Below, piece after piece: positions 39,028-52,350 of a stretch of DNA of 64,000 nucleotides. The notes beneath the pieces were generated by a model. The model saw nothing but the letters and a program-made list of their open reading frames with translations. It was not told the origin of the DNA and did no database searches. Made by a program: the position numbers and the translations under genes. The stretch is from Malacoraja senta (Eukaryota): positions 27,096,001 through 27,160,000 of the forward strand of contig CM075987.1 of assembly GCA_038087875.1 (NCBI GenBank), read 5' to 3'. Every line of letters begins with the position of its first letter. Position 1 is the stretch's first letter.

Positions 39028-41684
39028 CGTGGATGTGTCACCGAAAGTTTAGTGACGAACATAAACAACATCAGTGACTGCATCTTCAAATGCCATAACT
39101 TACCAAGTGCGCTCATGGGCTTGGTCGCTGCTTAACAACATTGCATCTCTATTATTTTTCCTACCAACAAGATTCATACATAACATTCCAATGGTCCACC
39201 ACACCCCTCCGATTAACATTGCTGCTATTTTCTGCTGCTCACCCACATCTCATTGTTCATGGTTACTTACAGCCAGGTATTCAGTCCTGATATCATAACA
39301 CCCAAAATAATGTCTTGAGATTCAGTGGCAAAACTTTTCTTGCCGGACAAGGAGGCATCTAAACCAAATGCAATAGGTGTCATCCCGAGGTACACTCCAT
39401 AATGGATTCCCTCACTTCCCCAGGATGGAGAAGGTGCTGAGTTGTTTATACTTTAGACTTTGGAGATGCAGCATGGAAACGGGCCCTTTGGCCCACCGAG
39501 TCCACGCCGACCAGCAATCACCACGTGCACTAGTTCTGTCCTGCACTCCTATTTACAACATTACCAAACACAATGAACCTACAAACCTGCATATCTTTGG
39601 AGTGTGGGAGGAAACCGAAGATCTCGGAGAAAACCCACGCGGTCACGAGGAGAACGTCCAGCATCTCTGGAGAAAAAGGAAGGGTGATGTTTTGTGTTAG
39701 AACCCTTCTTCAGAATGCATCAACATGCTCCATCTCTCTTGTGAAGACAGTTACATAGCATGCATTGAGTACGGCATCCTTGTCCACTGCATCAACATCT
39801 GAATTAACATCTTCATCCCGAACAGGCTCCCCAGCTGAGGAGGAACTTCTTTAGTCAGAGGGTAGTTAATCTGCGGAACTCATTGCCACAGAGGTCTCTG
39901 GAGGCCAAGTCAGTGGATATTTTTAAGGCAGAGATAGACAAATTCTTGATTAGAATGGGTTTCAAGTGTTATGGGGAGAAGGCAAGAAAATGGGATTAGG
40001 CGGCAGAGATCAGCCAACATACCCTGCATCTTAAAGAACTGTTCATGTCTTCATCTACAAATTGAAGACAAATGCCATTGTGGTGGTCTATGAATTCGAC
40101 AATGGAACTGTTTGTTCAACTCATCCTTATTTTTCAATATTCCCTGCATGTGTAGTCTTTGTTCAGATGGTGGGAATCTGTGGAATTCTTTGCCACAGAC
40201 GGCTGTGGAGGCCAAGTCAATGGATATTTTCAAGGTACACAAAAATGCTGGAGAAACTCAGTGGGTGCAGCAGCATCTATGGAGCGAAGGAAATAGGCAA
40301 TGTTTCGGGCCGAAACCCTTCTTCAGATATTTTCAAGGCACAGATAGATAGATTCTTGATTAGTGTGGGTGGCAGCGATTATGGGGAGAAGGCAGGAGAA
40401 TGGGTTGGGAGGGAGAGATAGATCAGCCATGATTGAATGGTGGAGTGGACTGGATGGGCCGAATGGCCTAATTCTACTCCTATAACTTGTGAGTTACTCC
40501 AGCATGTTGTATCTGTCTTTGGTGTAAATCAGCATCTGCAGTTCCTTCCTACACATGCAGCTACCTTTACTAGAATGGTGATTTTCTACGGCTAGAACTG
40601 TTTGATACTATCTATAGTATTCTTCAATGTGAGATTAGTTCGAGGTACAGTGAAAAGCTTTTGTTGCGTGCTAAGCAGCCAGCTGAAAGACAATACATGA
40701 TTACAATCGAGCCATACACAGTGTACAGATACATGATAAAGGAATAACGTTTAGTGCAATGAAAAGCCAGTAAAGTGATGATGATGATGAATACTTTATT
40801 GTCATTATAACATGTAAACATGTACAACTAAATTAGAAATGCCAACCAGTCAGTGCACCATTCCACATTTTCTAAGAGCAAAAGTCTAAGATAAGCAACT
40901 AAAATAAATAACATGAAAAAAAACCAACACATTCTTCTGTGGATTTCACAGTCCCTTTGGTGTGTAGCACACCTGCACTCATTTGGTGGCTACATTAAGT
41001 GTAGTTATTGCTGTGAAATAAAAACTCCGATCGAAGATAGTCCGAGGGTCACCGCTGAGGTAGATAGTAGTTCAGAACTGCTGTCTGGTTGTGGTAGGAT
41101 GGTTCAATTGCCTGATAACAGCTGGGAAGAAACTGTCCCTGAATCTGAAGGTGTGCGTTTTCATGCTTCAGAACACTGTGGGCAGGGAAGCATTGTTTCA
41201 GCACACTGATCTGCTGTTTTAGATTTCATGTGTCACCTTGACCTTTAGTTGTATGTATGTTATGTTTGGGTTGTCCAGTTCACTCAATCGCTAAATTGTT
41301 AGCATATGGATTTTGTCAGTCATTGCTTTTCCATTGACATTCATAAAAATGTTAGAACTTAAAAATAGAAATAGGAATTGGGCAATCAATCTCTTATGCC
41401 CAAGGTAGATACAAATGGCTGGGGTAACTCAGCGGGTCAGGCAGCATCTCTGGAGAGAAAGAATGGGTGATGTTTCGTGTGATATGTGTATGTCTTTGGA
41501 GTGTAAGAAACAATTAGACAGGTACATGGATAGGACACGTTTGGAGGGATATGGGCCAAACGCAGGCAGGTGGTACTAGTGTAGATAAGGTACGTTGGTC
41601 GGTGTAGGCAAGTTGGGCCCAACCAGTACACGCTGTATGACTGTGCGATTATATTAACAATGCCAAGGATCTGTGAACAGAGAG

Positions 41685-42130
41685 CCATAGATTGATGCAG
41701 TGTGGAAACAGTCCCTTTGGCCCAATTTGCCCACACGGGCCAACATGTCCCAGCTACACTAGTCCCACCTGCCAACATTTGGCCCATATCCTTCCAAACC
41801 TGTCCTATCCATGTACCTGTCTAACTGTTTCCTAAACGTTGGAATAGTCCCAGCCTCAACTACCTCCTCTGGCAGCTTGTTCCACACACCCAACACCCTT
41901 TGAATGAAAAGTTACCCCTCAGATTCCTATTAAATCTTTTCCCCTTCACCTTAAACCTATGTCCTCTGGTCCTCGATTCCCCTACTCTGGGCAAGAGACT
42001 CTGTGCATCTAGCCTGATCTATTCCTCTCATGGTTCTATACACCTGTATAAGATCATCCCTCATCCTCCTGCGCTCCAAGGAATAGAGTCTCAGCCTGCT
42101 CAACCTCTCCCTATAGCAACATCCTCGTAA
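41685..42130 (-). mobile_element. CR1-clade LINE 3' fragment
   Basis: Same subfamily as 445-895. Confidence 0.75.
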
Positions 42131-42645
42131 AAATGAACTGCGATATTGCCAACCATCAAGACATGGGGAGTTTCACTAGTACACCGACATTAATGTCAAA
42201 CGGGAAGATGAGAGGAACGGGCAAGAGATTAAGCACATCCCAATGAGGTTTAGATTGAATGTAAAGGATCATTAGGAATAGGGGTAGAATTAGCCCAATC
42301 GGCCCATCAAGTCTACATGGCTGATCTATCTCTCCCTCCTAACCCCATTTTCCTGCCTTCTCCCCATAACCTTTGACACTTGTACTAATCAAGAATATAT
42401 CTCTGCCTTAAACTCAGCGGGTGAGGCAGCATCTATGGAGCGAAGGAAATAGGCGACGTTTTGGGTCGAGAAAAAGGGTCTCGACCTGAAATGTCGCCTA
42501 TTTCCTTCGCTCCATAGATGCTGCCTCACCCGCTGAGTTTCTCCAGCATTTCTGTCTACCTGAGCCAAGACATTGATGAGTCAAATGACAATTTCTCACC
42601 TTTGACTTTCTCAATTAGCTAATGTTAACCCACTTTGGTCCATTG

Positions 42646-42780
42646 GAGTCTGAAGAAGTGTCTCGACCCGAAACGTCACCCATTCCTCCTCTCCAGAGAT
42701 GTTGCCTGTCCCGCTGAGTTACTCCAGCTTTTTGTGTCTGTCTTTGGTGTAAACCAGCACCTGCAGTTCCTTCCTTCACA
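42646..42780 (+). mobile_element. Penelope terminal-repeat insertion beginning at the hammerhead core
   Basis: ctgaagaagtgtctcgacccgaaacgtc at 42650-42677; 12-bp TSD tttggtcca(t/c)tg at 42634-42645 and 42781-42792. Confidence 0.65.
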
Positions 42781-44203
42781 TTTGGTCCACTGTTTGCTGT
42801 GGGCTAGGTGATAAGGACATGCAGACAATGATACTGTTGAGTTTCACTGTCCGTGATAGCCTATCCTACAGCCAACAATACACCATTGTAGGCTTCACCT
42901 TTCCTTGAGTTAGAAAGAGCTCTTAAAGATAGCGGAGTCAAGGGATATGGGGAGAAGGCAGGAACGGGGTACTGATTGTGGATGATCAGCCATGATCACA
43001 TTGAATGGCGGTGCTGGCTCGAAGGGCCGAATGGTCTACTCCTGCAACTATTACCTATTGTCTATTGATCTTTGTAACTTTTTTTTCATATTATCAGTTC
43101 ATTTGTTCTATGTGCCATCTATATCTCTCATTTCCTTTTCCCCTGACCCTCAATCTGAAGAAGGGTCTCGACCCGAAACATCACCTATTCCTTTTTCTCC
43201 AGGAATGCTGCCTGTCCCGCTGAGTTACTCCAGCTTTTTGTGTCTGTCTTCAGTGTAAACCAGCATCTGCAGTTCCTCCCGACACAGTTAGACCACTTTG
43301 CCTTCTTGGAAACCTCCCCACCATTGAAGGCTGATGACTGTGGTCCTGGTCTGACCTCTAGTGGTACCAGTAGCATTACAATATTTACTGAGGGTGATTT
43401 TGTCAAGTCGGGCTGAGTTCATTGTGTAGGAAGGGACTGCAGATGCTGGTTTAAACCGAGGATTGGAACACAAAGCTGGAGTAACTCAGCAGGACAGGCG
43501 GCATCCCTGGAGAACAGGAATAGGTGACGTTTCGGGTCGAGAAGAAGGTTCTCGACCCGAAACGTCACCTATTCCTTCTCTCCAGAGATGCTGCCTGTCC
43601 CGGTGAGTCACTCCAGCTTTGTGTCTATCTTTGTTCGTTGTCTTAATTTAGATATTCATTTTGGAGATACAGCATGGAAACAGGTCCTTTGGCCCACCGA
43701 GTCCACACTAACCATTGATCACCCCTGTGCTAGTTCTACATTAACCCACTTTTGCATCCTACACATTAGTGGCAATTCACAGAAGCCAACTAACCTACAA
43801 ACCAGCACGTCTTTGGGATGTGGGAGGAAACTGGAGCAGCCGGAGAAAACCCACGCAGGCCTCGGTGAGAAGGTACAAACACCGTACAGATAGGACCCGT
43901 AGTCAGGATCGAACCTGGCTCTGTGGCGCTGTGAGGCAGCACCTCTACCACTTTGCAAGTATGCACAGGTTTGGTGAGTTACAGGTACAATGAATATCTT
44001 GCTTGAATCAACATCGCTGGCATGTGGACCCAGACTACACACAAATCGTAAGTCATGAATAAATTATGTAGTTTCCTTTCCCCTCTTTCTCAGTGAAGAA
44101 GGGACTCGGCACAAAACGTCACCTATTCCTTTTCTCCAGAGATGCTGCCTGACCCACTGAGTTACTACAGCTTTTTGTGTCTATCTTCGGTTTAAACCAG
44201 CAT

Positions 44204-46480
44204 CAGGTAGAGTGGCAGTATTTATATAAAGTACTGCAAAAATTTAATATGGGAGAGAATTTTATTGTATGGGTAAAATTATTATATGATAAACCGACGG
44301 CAAGAATATTAACTAATAATATGTTATCTCCATATGTTATCTCCAAACTTTCAATTATCGAGGGGCAATAGGCAGGGATGTGCTTTATCACCCCTGCTAT
44401 TTGCCCTTATGATAGAGCCCTTGGCTGAAAGTATAAGAACTCATCTGAATATTCGGGGATATAATACTAAGGACTCAAATAATAAAATGTCATTATACGC
44501 AAACAATATACTTCTATACATTACAAATTCACAAACGAGCATACCAAACTTATTAAATTTAATAGAGGAATTCGGTTCTTTTTCTGGATATAGAATAAAT
44601 TGGAATAAAAGTGAAATCATGACGTTAAAACCTCAAGAATCTACACACCTATTAAAATTCCCCTTTAAAATTGCAACAGAAACATTTAAGTATTTGGGTA
44701 TTCAAATTACTGGAAAATACAAAGCATTATTTAATGCTAATTTTATGCCTTTATTAAATAAACTGAACGCGTTGATTAAATTCTGGAAAACACTTCCGTT
44801 GTCATTAAGAGGCAGAATAAACGCTATAAAAATGATCTTTTTACCACAAATATTATACCTATTTCAATCTATACCATTATATATACCAACATTTTTTTTC
44901 AAAAAACTAGACTCTAATATTACCAATTTTATTTGGGACTATAGATCACATAGAATTCAAAGAAAACACTTGTGTAAACCCAAAGACGTTGGGGAACTTT
45001 CACTTCCGAACTTTTTGTATTATTATTGGGCAGTGCATATTAAGAATACAATTTATTGGTTGGACAGTCCTACCCAACAGACAGAATGGATAAGAATGGA
45101 GAAAGAGGATTGTTCTCCTTGTAACATAGGAGCGATCCTCTTCTCCCCGATAAAACTGAACACAATATATAAGAATAACCCAATTATACATAATACAATA
45201 AGAATTTGGAAACAAATAAAATTATCTTTAAAATTAAGAAACCTATCATTGTTAACGCCAATAGTGAATAATCCTTCATTTAAACCATCTCTTATTGATA
45301 AAACATATAACCAATGGGAAAGAATGGGAATTAAAAGGATCGGTGATATGTATGAAATGGGAAATCTGTTATCATTCCAACAATTACAATTAAAATTTAA
45401 GCTGAAAAATAACCAATATTTTAAATATCTTCAGATCTGTGACTTCATGAAGAAATACATACAAAGATATCAAAATATAACTTTAGATCAACTGGAAGAA
45501 GCAATGAATATTAAGGCTGACTCACAGAAATTAATATCATATTTATATAATAGTATTTTAAATATAGAACTACCATCGACAGAGGCACTTAGAGAAGATT
45601 GGGAACGAGAATTAATAATAAAAATCACGAAAGAAACATGGGAAAAGTATTTGATATATATACACAAATGTTCGATTAATGTAAGACATAACTTAATTCA
45701 ATTTAATATTTTACATAGATTATATTATTCAAAAGCTAGACTGAATAAATTCTATCCAAATACTTCTCCCATTTGTGATAAATGTTTATCCCAAAATGCT
45801 ACTATAACACACTCTTTTGTTTCCTGCATAAAACTTTATAAATTCTGGAGTGATATCTTTGAAATATTTACAAAATTATTCAAGATAAAAATGGAGCCTA
45901 ACACTGAAATTATTATATTTGGAGTAACGGAAGACGGGAACAAATTGAACACATTTCAAAATTCATTTTTTAATTATGGGTTAATAACGGCAAAAAAACG
46001 TATACTTAAATTTTGGAAAAATACACCCATACCTACGCTTAAAATGTGGATTTCAAACATGTTGGACACCGCACATCTTGAAGAAATGCGATTCCTCCTA
46101 ATAGATAAATCAGACCAATTCTTAATGAGTTGGTCTCCAGTTATCGACTTCTTGGAAGCATATGGTGCAACAAAATCGTAGAAACCAACTGTTTCAGGAC
46201 TGGGTGAAGGATGGTCAAGAATATAAATAACGATCTCCTTAATTTCCTACTCTCCACTCTTTCTCTTTCTCTTTCCTTTTCTTTTCTTCACTTTCCCTCT
46301 TTACCCCGTTTTTCCTTTTCACACACCATATATCACACGTTTTTCTATCTTTTATAATCTATTCTCTCTTTCTCTCTTTCATTATTTTAAAAAAAATACA
46401 AAGCTGAACATAAAATGTAACCTGTCAATATATATTAGGCACCTTGGTGCCACATTACTGTACTTGCTTCTAATAAAATA
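44204..46480 (+). mobile_element. L1-clade LINE, 5'-truncated ORF2 (RT C-half plus CCHC knuckle) and 3' UTR
   Basis: RGNRQGCALSPLLF, SLYANNILLY, GYRINWNKS, FKYLGIQI, CDKC-x8-HSFVSC; pyrimidine-rich 3' UTR and aataaa at ~46472; inserted into a Penelope terminal repeat. Confidence 0.9.
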
Positions 46481-48314
46481 ATTTGTTTTTAAACCCAAAA
46501 ACACGTCTGCAGTTCCTTCCTGCACATCCCCAGGTTACAAACGAGTTTTGGGTTTTACAGACATCCATAAGTTGATTTTGTCCATGTATATCTGAGTACA
46601 CATGACAATAAGAAACTAGTGCCAGTAGGTCAAAACTAATCCAATGGTTGAATGGTACCTTATTGTGAATCCACCTACAGTTGGTCATAGAGTCATACAG
46701 CGTAGAAACAGGCCCTTCGGCCCACACTGGCTAACATGTCCCATCTACACTAGTCCCACCTGTCTGCATTTGGCCCATATCCCTGTAAACCTGTCCTATC
46801 CATGTACCTATCTAATTGTTTCTTAAACATTACATTAGTCCCTGCCTCAACTACCTTCTCTGGCAGCACGTTTGTAGGTTAATTGGCTTCGGTAAAGATT
46901 GTAAATTGTCCCTAGTGTGTAGGATAGTGTTAGTGTGCAGGGATCCCTGTTTGGCGTGGACTCGGTGGGCCGAAGGGCTTGTTTCCATGCTGTATCTCTA
47001 AACTAGGCAATGCAGCCAAGGAATGCAGTGTTGCAGTTACATCTGAGGCCCAGTAGATGGTGCATTTGTTCCAGCAAAACGTTCAGAACAAACTGAACGA
47101 GCTGCCTTTAGTCAGAGGATGGTGAATCTGTGGAACTCATTGCCACAGACCGCTGTGGAGGCCAAGTCAATGGATATTTTTAAGGCGGAGATAGATAGAT
47201 TCTTGATTAGTACGGGCATCAGGGGTTATGGGGAGAAGGTAGACAAAAGTGCTGGAGAAACTCAGCGGGTGCAGCAGCATCTATGGAGCGAAGGAAATAG
47301 GCAACGTTTCGGGCCGAAACCCTTCTTCCCCCTTCTTATGGGGAGAAGGCAGGAAAATGGGATTGAGAGGGAGAGATAGGTCAGCCATGATTGAATGGTG
47401 GAGTAGCCTGGATGGGCCGAATGGGCTAATTCTACTCCTATCACTTAATGACCCTATGAAGCCTCCGACAGGATCTCAGGAAAGAACTACAAGTGAAATT
47501 TTGAGTAAAGATATGACTACACAGGAATAAGTGTAGAGCTGATTTTTTGAGGATATTTCCAGGACTGCAATGAGGTTAGATTGGATAGACTGGAGTATGG
47601 AGTAGCTCAATCTGAGGGGAGACAAAAGGGACTGCAGAAGCTGGAATCTTGAATGGTGGGTACGAACATTCACGGGGATGTTGCTCGGGCTTGAGGCGGT
47701 GAGCTATAGGGAGAGGTTGAGCAGACTAGGACTTTATTCTGGAGCACAGGAGGATGAGGGGTGATCTTCTAGAGGTGTATAAGAGGGGAATATATAGGGC
47801 AAATGCACTCTCCCCATTTAAAAAATAGTTTTACGCCTTTAATCCTGATGAGTAAAATGTTCAAAATGAAGGGAATCAACAAGTCTGTGATAATGCAGGT
47901 GTTGAGATTAATGCTCGTCCATGATTTCATTGAATGGTGCAATGGGCCGAATGGCCTGTTCCTGCATCAATTCCGTACAAATCACTGGTTCAGGCATCAC
48001 TGGAATGTCGTGCCCAGTTCTGCATGTTTTAGGAATAGTCATGAATCAAGAATATTTTATTGTCATATGTCCCAGATAGAACAATGAAATTCTTACTTGC
48101 TGCAGCACAACACAATATGTAAACATAATAAGTTATTAAAAAAACTCAGAAAAAAAAGAACAAACAATGACAGTGCAATATTAATAATAATAATTAAGGA
48201 AACATAAAGTGGCAGCTTTAAAGAGAGTGCAGAAGAGATTGAGCAAATGATTCAACGGATGAGGTATTTCACTCACGTGGATAGTCTGAAGAAATGGAGG
48301 CTATAATGAGGGAA

Positions 48315-48520
48315 CGATTTACAATTTTTACTGAAGCTAATTGACTTACAAACCTGCACCTCCTTGGAGTGTGGGGGAAAACCGGAGCACCCGGAGAAAA
48401 CCCACGCAGGTCACGGGGAGAACGTACAAACTCCATACAGACAGCACCCATAGTCAGGATCGAACCCGAGTCTCTGGCGCTGTGAGGCAGCAACTCTACC
48501 GCTGCGCCACCGTGCCGCCC
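48315..48520 (-). mobile_element. V-SINE (HE1-like) with intact tRNA head
   Basis: Minus strand starts gggcggcacggtggcgcagcggtag; B box gggttcgatcc. Confidence 0.85.
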
Positions 48521-48684
48521 AAAAATTGTAGAGATTTGCCTTTACAGAATTTAGAAATGACTACCCAAAAAAATGTAATAGCAGAATAAAACTTGCACCC
48601 ACGGAATTTATGCAGAATAAAAGTAAATAAATATAGTCCGATAAAGACCACTACCATCCTAGTGTCGAAATAAAACAAGATTTG

Positions 48685-48945
48685 GTTTGGTTTAGTTTAG
48701 TTTAGAGATACTGCACGGAAACAGGCTCTTTGGTCCACTGTTTGCGCCGACCAGCGATCCCCGAACATTAACACTATCCTACACAGTAGGGACAATTTAC
48801 AATTTACCAAAGCCAATTAACCTATAAACCTGCACGCCTTTGGAGTGTGGGAGGAAACCAGAGATCTCGGAGAAAACCCACGCAGGTCACGGGGAGAAGG
48901 TACAAACTCCGTACAGACAGCACCCGTAGTCAGGATCAAACCCGG
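48685..48945 (-). mobile_element. V-SINE (HE1-like)
   Basis: V core and (taaac)n tail. Confidence 0.8.
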
Positions 48946-49077
48946 GATTCTTGCATGAGATCGTGCCACTGCAAGATCTCATGCATAATGACTACCGTCC
49001 AGTGGCGTTGACGTCCTCCATTGTGAAAAGCTTTCAGAGGCTAGTTATGCAATGCATTAAATCCAGGTAAGAATGGA

Positions 49078-49128
49078 AGGAGAGAGAGAGGGAGAGGGAG
49101 AGGGAGAGGGAGAGGGAGAGGGAGAGAG
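49078..49128. repeat. (GGGAGA)n purine microsatellite
   Basis: Direct observation. Confidence 0.9.
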
Positions 49129-49978
49129 CATGAGATAGTGGGTGGCATTGGGAGATACTTCAGCACTTCTACAACTGGAATCCTTCCTATCGGGATATTA
49201 TTCCCTGTCTTTGTGGTGCTGAGGACTATTGAGAAGCCAGGTTAGGAAAGAGAACAAAGGGATTGAGGTGAAAGATGGTGACTAACAGCTTTGGGACAGG
49301 GTTCAACAGAAACCACACAGGAATCAACCCATGATATGGACCAGCAGGGGAGCTGCCAACATTCATAGTTATTTAAGGCACCAACAGTTTGGGGCATCAG
49401 TGAGTGTGTGTGTGTGTTAGTTGTGTCACACCTCAGCTTCTCAAACAACAGAACTGGGACAGAAAAGGAAACAAAGCTATTTCCAACTCTCCCAGGGAGA
49501 AGTTCAACACCTCCAAGGACTCCGTGTCTCTTTCTCTTCTTTACACTGAAGGTCTCACATTTCTTTGAAAACAAAATGACCCAATTTCCAGGTAAGGCAC
49601 AGTCAGCACAACTTTGTGTTGCTCTTAGCTGGAGTAACTCAGCAGGTCAGGCAGCATCTCTGGAGAACATTAATAGGTGATGTTGTGGGCAAGCACCTTC
49701 TTCAGACAAACGTACCACAAGATGGTACTTTTTGTAAGTTCATGGATGATGCTTGTGGCATGATTTTTCTTTTCTTTTTTAAAATTTAACAACATATATA
49801 TTTTGTTTGACTTTTTTATGGTGTTTGCCGCAGTGGCGGCAGCTAAAATTGGGTTATGTTTGACTGTTTTAGAAAGACCATGTTTGCTGGCAGATTAACT
49901 GTCTTTCATTGAAGGACACATTTATATAACAACCCCCTTATCCCTTTTAGTTAAAACTCAGAGGATTTTACAGCCAGT

Positions 49979-50513
49979 GTTGAGTTTAGTTTATTGTCAC
50001 GTGTACCGAGGTACAGTGAAAAGCTTTTGTTGCGTGGTAACCAGTCAGCGGAAAGACAACACATGATTACAACCGAGCCGTCCACAGTGTACAGATACAT
50101 GATAAGGGAATAAAGTTTAGTGCAAGGCCAGCAAAGTCCGATCAAGGATAGTCCCCGGGTCACCAAAGAGGTAGATGGTAGTTCAGGACTGCTCTCTGGT
50201 TGTGGGAGAATGGCTCAGTTGCCTGATAACAGCTGGGAAGAAACTGTCCCTGAATCTGGAGGTGTGCTTTTTCACACTTCTGCACTTTTTGCCCGATGGG
50301 AGAGGGGAGAAGAGGGAGTGGCCAGGGTGCGACTCGTCCTTGATTATGCTGCTAGCCTTGCCGAGGCAGCGTGAGGTGTAAATGGAGTCAATGGAAAGGA
50401 GTTTGGTTTGTGTGATGGTCTGGGCTGCGTCCACATTTCGCTGCAATTTCTTGCGGTCTTGGACGGAGCTGTTCCCAAACAAAGCTATGATGCATCCCGA
50501 TAAAATGTTTTCT
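49979..50513 (-). mobile_element. Rex1/Babar-type LINE 3' fragment
   Basis: ENILSGCIIALFGNSSVQDRKKLQR..CLGKASSIIKDESHPGHSLFSPLPSGK; tail gtgacaataaactaaact. Confidence 0.8.
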
Positions 50514-50675
50514 GATTTTTTTCCCCTTCCATCCCTCAGCCAGCATTTCTGCCCCATCCCCATCTTCGACCAAGTCCCAGGGGGAATCATTGTTGACAAT
50601 GATACACACATACCACTCCCTGATGTTCCAGTGAAAGCAATCCAAGTCAATCCAACCTCTCCCTGTAGCTGAAAC

Positions 50676-51070
50676 CAAAGATCCTATAGCGGAGCAAGAT
50701 AGACCACTCCTGCTAAATGCAATGGGCTGACGTGTAGTACGCAACGGAACAGAACGTGGGCCTTTTTTTTCATCCATTTCAGTAACCCGACCCGACACGC
50801 AGTGTAATCAACGTTGCGGGGGAACAGTTTGTGTTAATAAATTATAATTCTGAAAATGAGGAGAATATTTTTACCAAATAACTTTTATTTCTATGAGGAT
50901 GTTTCCGTAACCGGCTTCCGTCTCCGCACTAGTATCTGTCCTCCGTTATGGGATCTATGGTGCGGAGACGGAAGCCGGTTACGGAAATGGGGCCGAAAAT
51001 TACCCACGAATCATGACCGTACTACGTCTTTTTCGTCGAGTGATTTATCTTGCTTGCTATAGGATCTCTG
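50676..51070. mobile_element. MITE with 8-bp TSD and CA(A/G)AG termini (P-superfamily-like)
   Basis: TIR caaagatcctatagcggagcaagatagaccactc / gagtgatttatcttgcttgctataggatctctg; TSD gctgaaac at 50668-50675 and 51071-51078. Confidence 0.75.
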
Positions 51071-51767
51071 GCTGAAACCCTCTAATCCAGACAGCATTGT
51101 GGTAAGAAAGAAGAAGGGTCTCGACCTGAAACATCACCCATTCCTTCTCTCCAGAGATGCTGCCTGTCCCGCTGAGTTACTCCAGCGTTTTGTGTCTACC
51201 AACATTCATCTGCACCTTCTCCAAAGCCTACACATCTTTCCTGTAATGAGGGTGACCAGAATTGCTTAAAATACTCCATATGGGACTTGACCAAAGTCCT
51301 ACAGAGCTACATCATGTTGTTACTATGCTGTTTGTCTCCATGGTGACATCTCTGACCCACTGGGACAATTTGTGCTTCTGTTTGTGTCCCTTTGTGATGC
51401 TGGTTTATACGCAAGATAGTCACACAGTGCTGGAGTAACGCAGTAGGTCAGGCAGCATTTCTAAAGAAAAAGGATGGGTGGTATTTCAGACTGAAGAAGT
51501 CCCGACCTGAAACGTCACTCATCCTTTTACTCCAGAGATCCTGCTTGACCCACTGAATTACTCCAGCTCTTTGCATCTATCTTTGATATATATTTAATGT
51601 CAGGTTACATGTGCAACATAAATACCCTTGATGTGTGCTCCCTCGAGGTGGTGATTGCCATAGTTGGGATTTGAACCAACCCATCTTCTTCCTACATCAG
51701 GCATCATGGTGTCACAGTGGCACAGCGGTAGAGTTGCTGCCTCATAGTGCCAGAGACAGAGGTTAGC

Positions 51768-52217
51768 CTATGATGAGCGTTTGTCGGTACTGGGCCTGTA
51801 CTCGCTGGAGTTTAAAAGAATGAGGGGGGGACCTCATTGAAACGTACAGAATAGTGAAAGGCTTGGATAGAGTGGATGTGGAGAGGATGTTTCCACTAGT
51901 GGGAGAGTCTAGGACTAGAGGTCATAGCCTCAGAATTAAAGGACATTCTTTTAGGAAGGAGATTAGGAGGAATTTCTTTAGTCAGAGGGTATTGAATCTG
52001 TGGAATTCATTGCCACAGAAGGCTGTGGAGGCCAAGTCAGTGGATATTTTTAAGGCAGAGATAGATAGATTCTTGATTAGTACGGGTGTCAGAGGTTATG
52101 GGGAGAAGGCAGGAGAATGGGGTTTGGAGGGAGAGGTAGATCAGCCATGATTGAATGGCGGAGTAGATTTGATGGGCCGAATGGTCTAATTCCACTCATA
52201 TTCCATGTGACCTTATG
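51768..52217 (+). mobile_element. CR1-clade LINE 3' fragment inserted into a V-SINE (SINE halves 51707-51760 and 52218-52350)
   Basis: KGLDRVDVERMFPLVGESRTRGHSLRIKG..FFSQRVLNLWNSLP; SINE sequence resumes in register after the insertion. Confidence 0.8.
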
Positions 52218-52350
52218 AGACCCAGGTTTGATCCTGACTACGGGTGCTGTCTGTACGGAGTTTGAACGCTCTCCCCATGACCTGCATGAGTTTTCTTCGG
52301 GTGCTCCGGTTTTCTCCCACACTCCAAAGACGTGCAGGTTTGTAGGTTAG

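Noticed and set aside
43351..43365. CTCF-like motif (ACCACTAGAGGTCAG on the minus strand)
   Set aside because: A single motif match between repeats is not enough evidence without binding data.
48985..49070. Short coding-like stretch followed by GTAAG
   Set aside because: Reads NDYRPVALTSSIVKSFQRLV, an internal fragment of a Rex/L2-type RT, not a host exon.
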